The notes beneath the pieces were generated by a model that did no database searches, was not told where the DNA came from, and was given only the letters and a program-made list of their open reading frames with translations. The position numbers and the translations under genes were made by a program. Below are positions 60,950 through 64,000 of a stretch of DNA of 64,000 bases, in pieces (within the stretch, counting starts at the first letter, position 1; each line of letters starts with the position of its first letter). This DNA is from Candidatus Uhrbacteria bacterium RIFOXYB12_FULL_58_10 (GTDB lineage: Bacteria; Patescibacteriota; Patescibacteriia; UBA9934; GWF2-40-263). The DNA lies in the NCBI GenBank assembly GCA_001791645.1, contig MGFA01000019.1, positions 29,774 through 93,773 on the forward strand. Reading direction: 5' to 3'.

Positions 60950-62755
60950 ATGCCACGACGCGCCGAACAACCCTTTTCATCACACGCGGAAGCGGAACCG
61001 CCAAAATCTCGCAAACATGTTGACGCGACTAAAAAACTCCTTGGCATCAGGGAGATCAGGGGCAGAGACGCGGGCGCGGAACGCGTGTCCGTCGTCGATA
61101 ATTCCGGAAATGAACGGTTCGTGTCCATGTCGCGCGAAGAATTAAACAGGGCCGAGGCGCGCGCGGACAGGGACTTTGAGCGTACCGTTGCCGCGGTCAC
61201 GGCCGGCGCGAACGTTGACAGCGCCATGGCCACGGAGCTTTTTGGCGCGAACAAGGAAAACATCCTTGCCCTCGCCCGAAAGGAGGGTGACATCAAGGGA
61301 GCCATGTACAGGGTCATGGAAGACGCGATCGACGCGATGTCGGAATACGACCGACTCGTCGAGAAGGCCGTGACGGACTCCGGATACACCGGCATCGTCG
61401 CGGAAGGATTGCGCAACTCCTTGTTGGGCGAGCGCTCGCGCGTGTTCGGCGACGCATTCAGCCAATCTGCCGGACCGCGTGCCAAACGCAACTTGGAGAA
61501 TGCCGTTCGCGGAAAGGTTCTTGCGGAGGCATCAAGGCAGGTAAGCGCGCTTGCGGAAACGGTCGGCAAGCCAAAACGGGCGGACAACGTTTCTGACATT
61601 CTTTCGGATGTCCAAGTGCTGAAGAAAACCGAAAAGAGAATGAGAGAGAATCCGGCCGACGCATCGCTCCCGGGCCGAGTGAACGCAATCGACCGCATGA
61701 TCCAGCAAAACGTCGCGGAGTGGGCCGTCCAATACCTGACCGAAAATCCAAAGGCGTCTGCCGCCGCCGTCCTCAAGGAAGCAGAAGCGAATGGTCTTGA
61801 CGAATTTATCACTAGGCAAGACGTCACAAAGCTGAAACGCGGCGTCGCGGTCGACGAACTCCACGCGCCGGTGACCAAGGAGGAGCAAATGGCGGCGCTG
61901 GAAGCCCTGAAGCCAGAACTGATCGTCGAGCGCGTGCGTGCCGGAGCCGTCAAGGAAGGGCCGGGCGCGCCGCTCGAGCAGGCGATCGTGGACGATGGCA
62001 TCACATACGACCGACACTTGGACAAGCCAGGCGAGATCACCGAACGTCATGCGGCAGAACAGCGGGCAGAAGCAATCATCGCGCGAAACGAACGACGTCA
62101 ACGCAAGAAAAATCCGACGGCCATGGAGGATTATGACATGCCTGTCTTTACCGGCGAATCAAAGGTTCCTGACGTGTCCGACCTTCTCGAGGAGGAAGTA
62201 GCGCCCGCCAACAAGGGATTTCTGCAAGGCTTGGCAAAAACCGGACGCAAGGCACTGCTCGGCATGGCCCTTCTGTTTGGTCTGAAGGCCGGCTCTCCCG
62301 ACCAGCGACTTCCCCACCAGGACGACCAAGGTCCAGAGCGCGAAACCGCGTCGCTTCAGGAAGCCGTGGACGTTATGGCCGCGCCAACCGGCAGCGTGAT
62401 CGCCGACACGAAGGGAATGACCGGAGAACGAAATGATTCCCTGCTTGCGCCGGAGGCAAAGCCTTCTCGTGTCGATACGATCTTTGCGAAAGGCGACCCA
62501 CGCAATCTCGAACGTGCCCTCAAAAATCTTGACGAGGCCATGAATGAAGCGGGGCTCCCATCGAAGGCAGAATTTCTCAGGCTGAAGGCCGCGGAACGAA
62601 AGGCTAAAATCACGGAAATGAGAGAGCGCATGGAAGTCATGAAAGAGCTCTCACGAACGGATTCTCCGGCGATTTCGGCAATGAAGCGCGCCGAGCTGGG
62701 ACAAAAACTCGAAGATCATCAGCGATTTCTTGATCTCATGAAGAGTATTCGGTAA
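60950..62755 (+). CDS. Large helical orphan protein with one internal hydrophobic segment
   Basis: 601-aa charged ORF; TGATATAAT box upstream; terminator downstream. Confidence 0.7.
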   Translation: MPRRAEQPFSSHAEAEPPKSRKHVDATKKLLGIREIRGRDAGAERVSVVDNSGNERFVSMSREELNRAEARADRDFERTVAAVTAGANVDSAMATELFGANKENILALARKEGDIKGAMYRVMEDAIDAMSEYDRLVEKAVTDSGYTGIVAEGLRNSLLGERSRVFGDAFSQSAGPRAKRNLENAVRGKVLAEASRQVSALAETVGKPKRADNVSDILSDVQVLKKTEKRMRENPADASLPGRVNAIDRMIQQNVAEWAVQYLTENPKASAAAVLKEAEANGLDEFITRQDVTKLKRGVAVDELHAPVTKEEQMAALEALKPELIVERVRAGAVKEGPGAPLEQAIVDDGITYDRHLDKPGEITERHAAEQRAEAIIARNERRQRKKNPTAMEDYDMPVFTGESKVPDVSDLLEEEVAPANKGFLQGLAKTGRKALLGMALLFGLKAGSPDQRLPHQDDQGPERETASLQEAVDVMAAPTGSVIADTKGMTGERNDSLLAPEAKPSRVDTIFAKGDPRNLERALKNLDEAMNEAGLPSKAEFLRLKAAERKAKITEMRERMEVMKELSRTDSPAISAMKRAELGQKLEDHQRFLDLMKSIR

Positions 62756-62765
62756 CCAAGGCAAG

Positions 62766-62799
62766 GAAAAAGACGCCCCGCTACGAGCGGGGCGTCTTT
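62766..62799. terminator. Bidirectional intrinsic terminator
   Basis: AAAGACGCCCCGCT-ACG-AGCGGGGCGTCTTT between convergent genes. Confidence 0.8.
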
Positions 62800-64000
62800 G
62801 ATTCCTCGAGCGCGCGGGCAACCAACTCGCCCGCCGGAATGAGAATGTCTTCTTCCTGTCCGAATACGTTTATCTTGAAGTCCCCTCCCTCGGCCTCCTT
62901 CGCGCCGATGACCACGGTCCAAGGAATCTTCATCATCGCCGCGGCGCGAATCTTCTTCCCCACCTTCTCGTCGGACGCGTCGAGCTCCACGCGCAGCCCG
63001 GCCTCCGCGAGACTCTCCCTCAGCTCCTTCGCGAACGGAACGAACGCGTCGCTCACGGTCGCGAGCCGAACCTGCGTCGGCGCCAGCCACATGGGGAATG
63101 CCCCGGCCGTGTGCTCGATCAGAATGGAGAGGAACCGCTCGATCGCGCCCATGATGGCCGCGTGGATCATGACGATGCGCTCATGCTCCCCGGCTTCATT
63201 GATACACGTGAGATCAAACCGGTCCGGCATGTTCACGTCGAGCTGAATCGTGGCGACCTGCCATTCGCGGCCAATCGAATCCTTGGCAAGAAAATCGAGC
63301 TTCGGCGCGTAAAACGCGGCCTCCCCCGGAGCCTCGACGAACTCAATCTTGTTTTCCTGCGCGACCTCCTTAAGGATTCGTTCTGCCTGATCCCAATGTG
63401 ACTGATCCCCAAGATATTTTTCAGGATGCGCCGGATCGCGCAAGGACAAGCGCAACCGAAGCGGAAGATTGAACGCGCCGTAGAACGCATGAACGATTTC
63501 CCAGATCTTTTGAATTTCTTCCTTGGCCTGGGAAATGCGACAGAACACGTGCGCGTCATCCTGCGTGAATCCGCGAAGTCGCGACAATCCGGCAAGTTCG
63601 CCTGTTTGTTCGTCGCGATAACACATGGTGGTGTTCGCGTACCGCTGGGGCAGTTCCCGATAGCTCCATTGCCGACGGGCGTAAATCTGTGTGTGATGCG
63701 GGCAATTCATCGGCTTCATCGCGAACTCATGGCCTTCGCGCGTCGTGATGCGAAACAGGTCGTTCTGATACTTTTCCCAATGCCCGCTCTTTATATACAA
63801 GTCTTTTTTCGTGATGTGCGGAATCTCGACGCGCTCGTACTCGCGCGCGTGGCGAAGTTTCCACACGAATGCGTCGAGGACGTTCCGCAAAACGGTCCCG
63901 CGCGGAGTCCAGAGCGGAAGTCCGGCCCCGACAAGCTCGGAGAACGTAAACAAATCGAGCGCCGGACCAAGCACCTTGTGATCGCGTTTCTTTGCCTCCT
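62781..64000 (-). CDS. thrS: Threonyl-tRNA synthetase (partial, start beyond window)
   Basis: SGHW, KPMNCPHH, YRDE, RGFTQDDAH, TIQLD, IHAA..G..ER. Confidence 0.96.
   Translation of the reverse strand, partial: EAKKRDHKVLGPALDLFTFSELVGAGLPLWTPRGTVLRNVLDAFVWKLRHAREYERVEIPHITKKDLYIKSGHWEKYQNDLFRITTREGHEFAMKPMNCPHHTQIYARRQWSYRELPQRYANTTMCYRDEQTGELAGLSRLRGFTQDDAHVFCRISQAKEEIQKIWEIVHAFYGAFNLPLRLRLSLRDPAHPEKYLGDQSHWDQAERILKEVAQENKIEFVEAPGEAAFYAPKLDFLAKDSIGREWQVATIQLDVNMPDRFDLTCINEAGEHERIVMIHAAIMGAIERFLSILIEHTAGAFPMWLAPTQVRLATVSDAFVPFAKELRESLAEAGLRVELDASDEKVGKKIRAAAMMKIPWTVVIGAKEAEGGDFKINVFGQEEDILIPAGELVARALEESKTPRS

Overview
GC-rich, gene-dense bacterial chromosome segment using the standard code (TGA = stop). 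Gene content and style (archaeal-type PyrH, DUF5654, DUF3048, DUF2207, C39 peptidase, TM0106 nuclease, core genes without Shine-Dalgarno sites) suggest Patescibacteria/CPR, probably Parcubacteria; this is inference. Mostly housekeeping: xseAB, lexA-dinB SOS cassette, UvrD helicase, lower glycolysis with NDH-2, rpsB-tsf, rpmE-prfA-prmC, gyrB, secE-nusG-rplK-rplA, gatB, miaAB, thrS, with scattered orphan genes. The main candidate system is a pyrimidine cluster at 50.4-54.8 kb. Its ThyA homolog has Asp at the position of the dUMP-specifying Asn177 and lacks His147, its Dcd homolog lacks the catalytic Glu, and DHFR, a dCMP-deaminase-like enzyme, Dut and Tmk sit alongside. This suggests a dUMP-independent route dCTP -> dCMP -> 5-methyl-dCMP -> dTMP. 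Also seen: a radical SAM gene missed by the ORF track, a degenerate MetK, a direct-repeat LexA operator, and two internally deleted genes (dinB and a DUF4015-like hydrolase). No rRNA, tRNA, CRISPR array, transposase or integrase was recognised. All family calls and alignments were made by eye from recalled motifs, with no database search.
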